Positions 63,490-64,000 of a stretch of DNA of 64,000 bases are shown piece after piece. Position 1 is the stretch's first letter, and each line of letters opens with the position of its first letter. This stretch comes from Macrostomum hystrix (lineage: Eukaryota; Animalia; Platyhelminthes): the NCBI GenBank assembly GCA_950097015.1, contig CATNEN010000038.1, positions 21,700,001 through 21,764,000 on the forward strand, in the 5' to 3' direction. The translations under genes and the position numbers were made by a program. Under the pieces are notes generated by a model. The model saw nothing but the letters and a program-made list of their open reading frames with translations. It had not been told where the DNA came from and searched no databases.

Positions 63490-64000
63490 TACAGATTAGA
63501 GATTGGGATCTTACATAATAAATTGGGATCTTAGATTAGGATTGGAATCTTACAAAATGAATTGGGATCTTAGATTTGAGATTGGGATCTTAGATTGAGG
63601 ATTGGGATCTTAGATTGAGGATTGAGATCTTAGATTGAGGATTGGGATCTTAGATTAGTTAGGAATTAGGATCTTAGATTAGGGATTGGAATCTTAGATA
63701 GGAGATCATTTTATCATTGAGACCTTAATTAAGGGATTGGGATCTTGGATAAGGGATTGGGATCTTTGATAGGGGATTAAAATACAAATTTTATCATTGA
63801 GACCTTAAATAGGGGATTGGGATCCCAGATGAAGATAGGGATCTTAAATAAAGGATCAGGATCTTAAAAGTTATTGGGATCTTAGATGTTTGATTGTTAC
63901 TGTAAATAAGAGACTGTGATATCAGATAAGAAATTAATATCAGGGTTTCTTAAATGACTAGTTGGGGTCCTAGATTGGAGGATTAGATCGTTGACAAGAA
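63490..64000. repeat. Degenerate ~20-bp minisatellite (ATTGGGATCTTAGATTGAGG) in DYNC2LI1 intron 3
   Basis: Tandem units running to the window end. Confidence 0.85.

Overview
This is eukaryotic (metazoan) genomic DNA. The low-complexity Q/S/A-rich proteins, minisatellite-filled introns and unpaired splice acceptors just upstream of start codons fit a free-living flatworm such as Macrostomum; that assignment is an inference. I reconstructed nine genes from GT-AG junctions that keep the reading frame. On the + strand are a membrane-anchored JmjC protein, HOGA1 and a 3'-truncated DYNC2LI1. On the - strand are six co-oriented, closely spaced genes: POT1-like, TMEM205, eIF3h, MED4, PPP1R7/SDS22 and a 13-exon RCC1-repeat gene resembling claret/GLO-4. 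Each gene in that run has a strong 3' splice site before its ATG and no evident donor, which suggests an SL trans-spliced operon. Most larger introns carry their own minisatellite, including a 12-kb intron whose structure suggests unequal crossing-over and an 89-bp repeat that multiplies a DYNC2LI1 splice acceptor 11-fold. Mobile DNA includes tRNA-derived CORE-type SINEs, a second SINE family as an inverted pair, two hAT-type MITEs with 8-bp TSDs, a decayed Tc1/IS630 transposase and a Merlin-like element with a 9-bp TSD. Most long ORFs in the supplied track are artefacts of tandem repeats.
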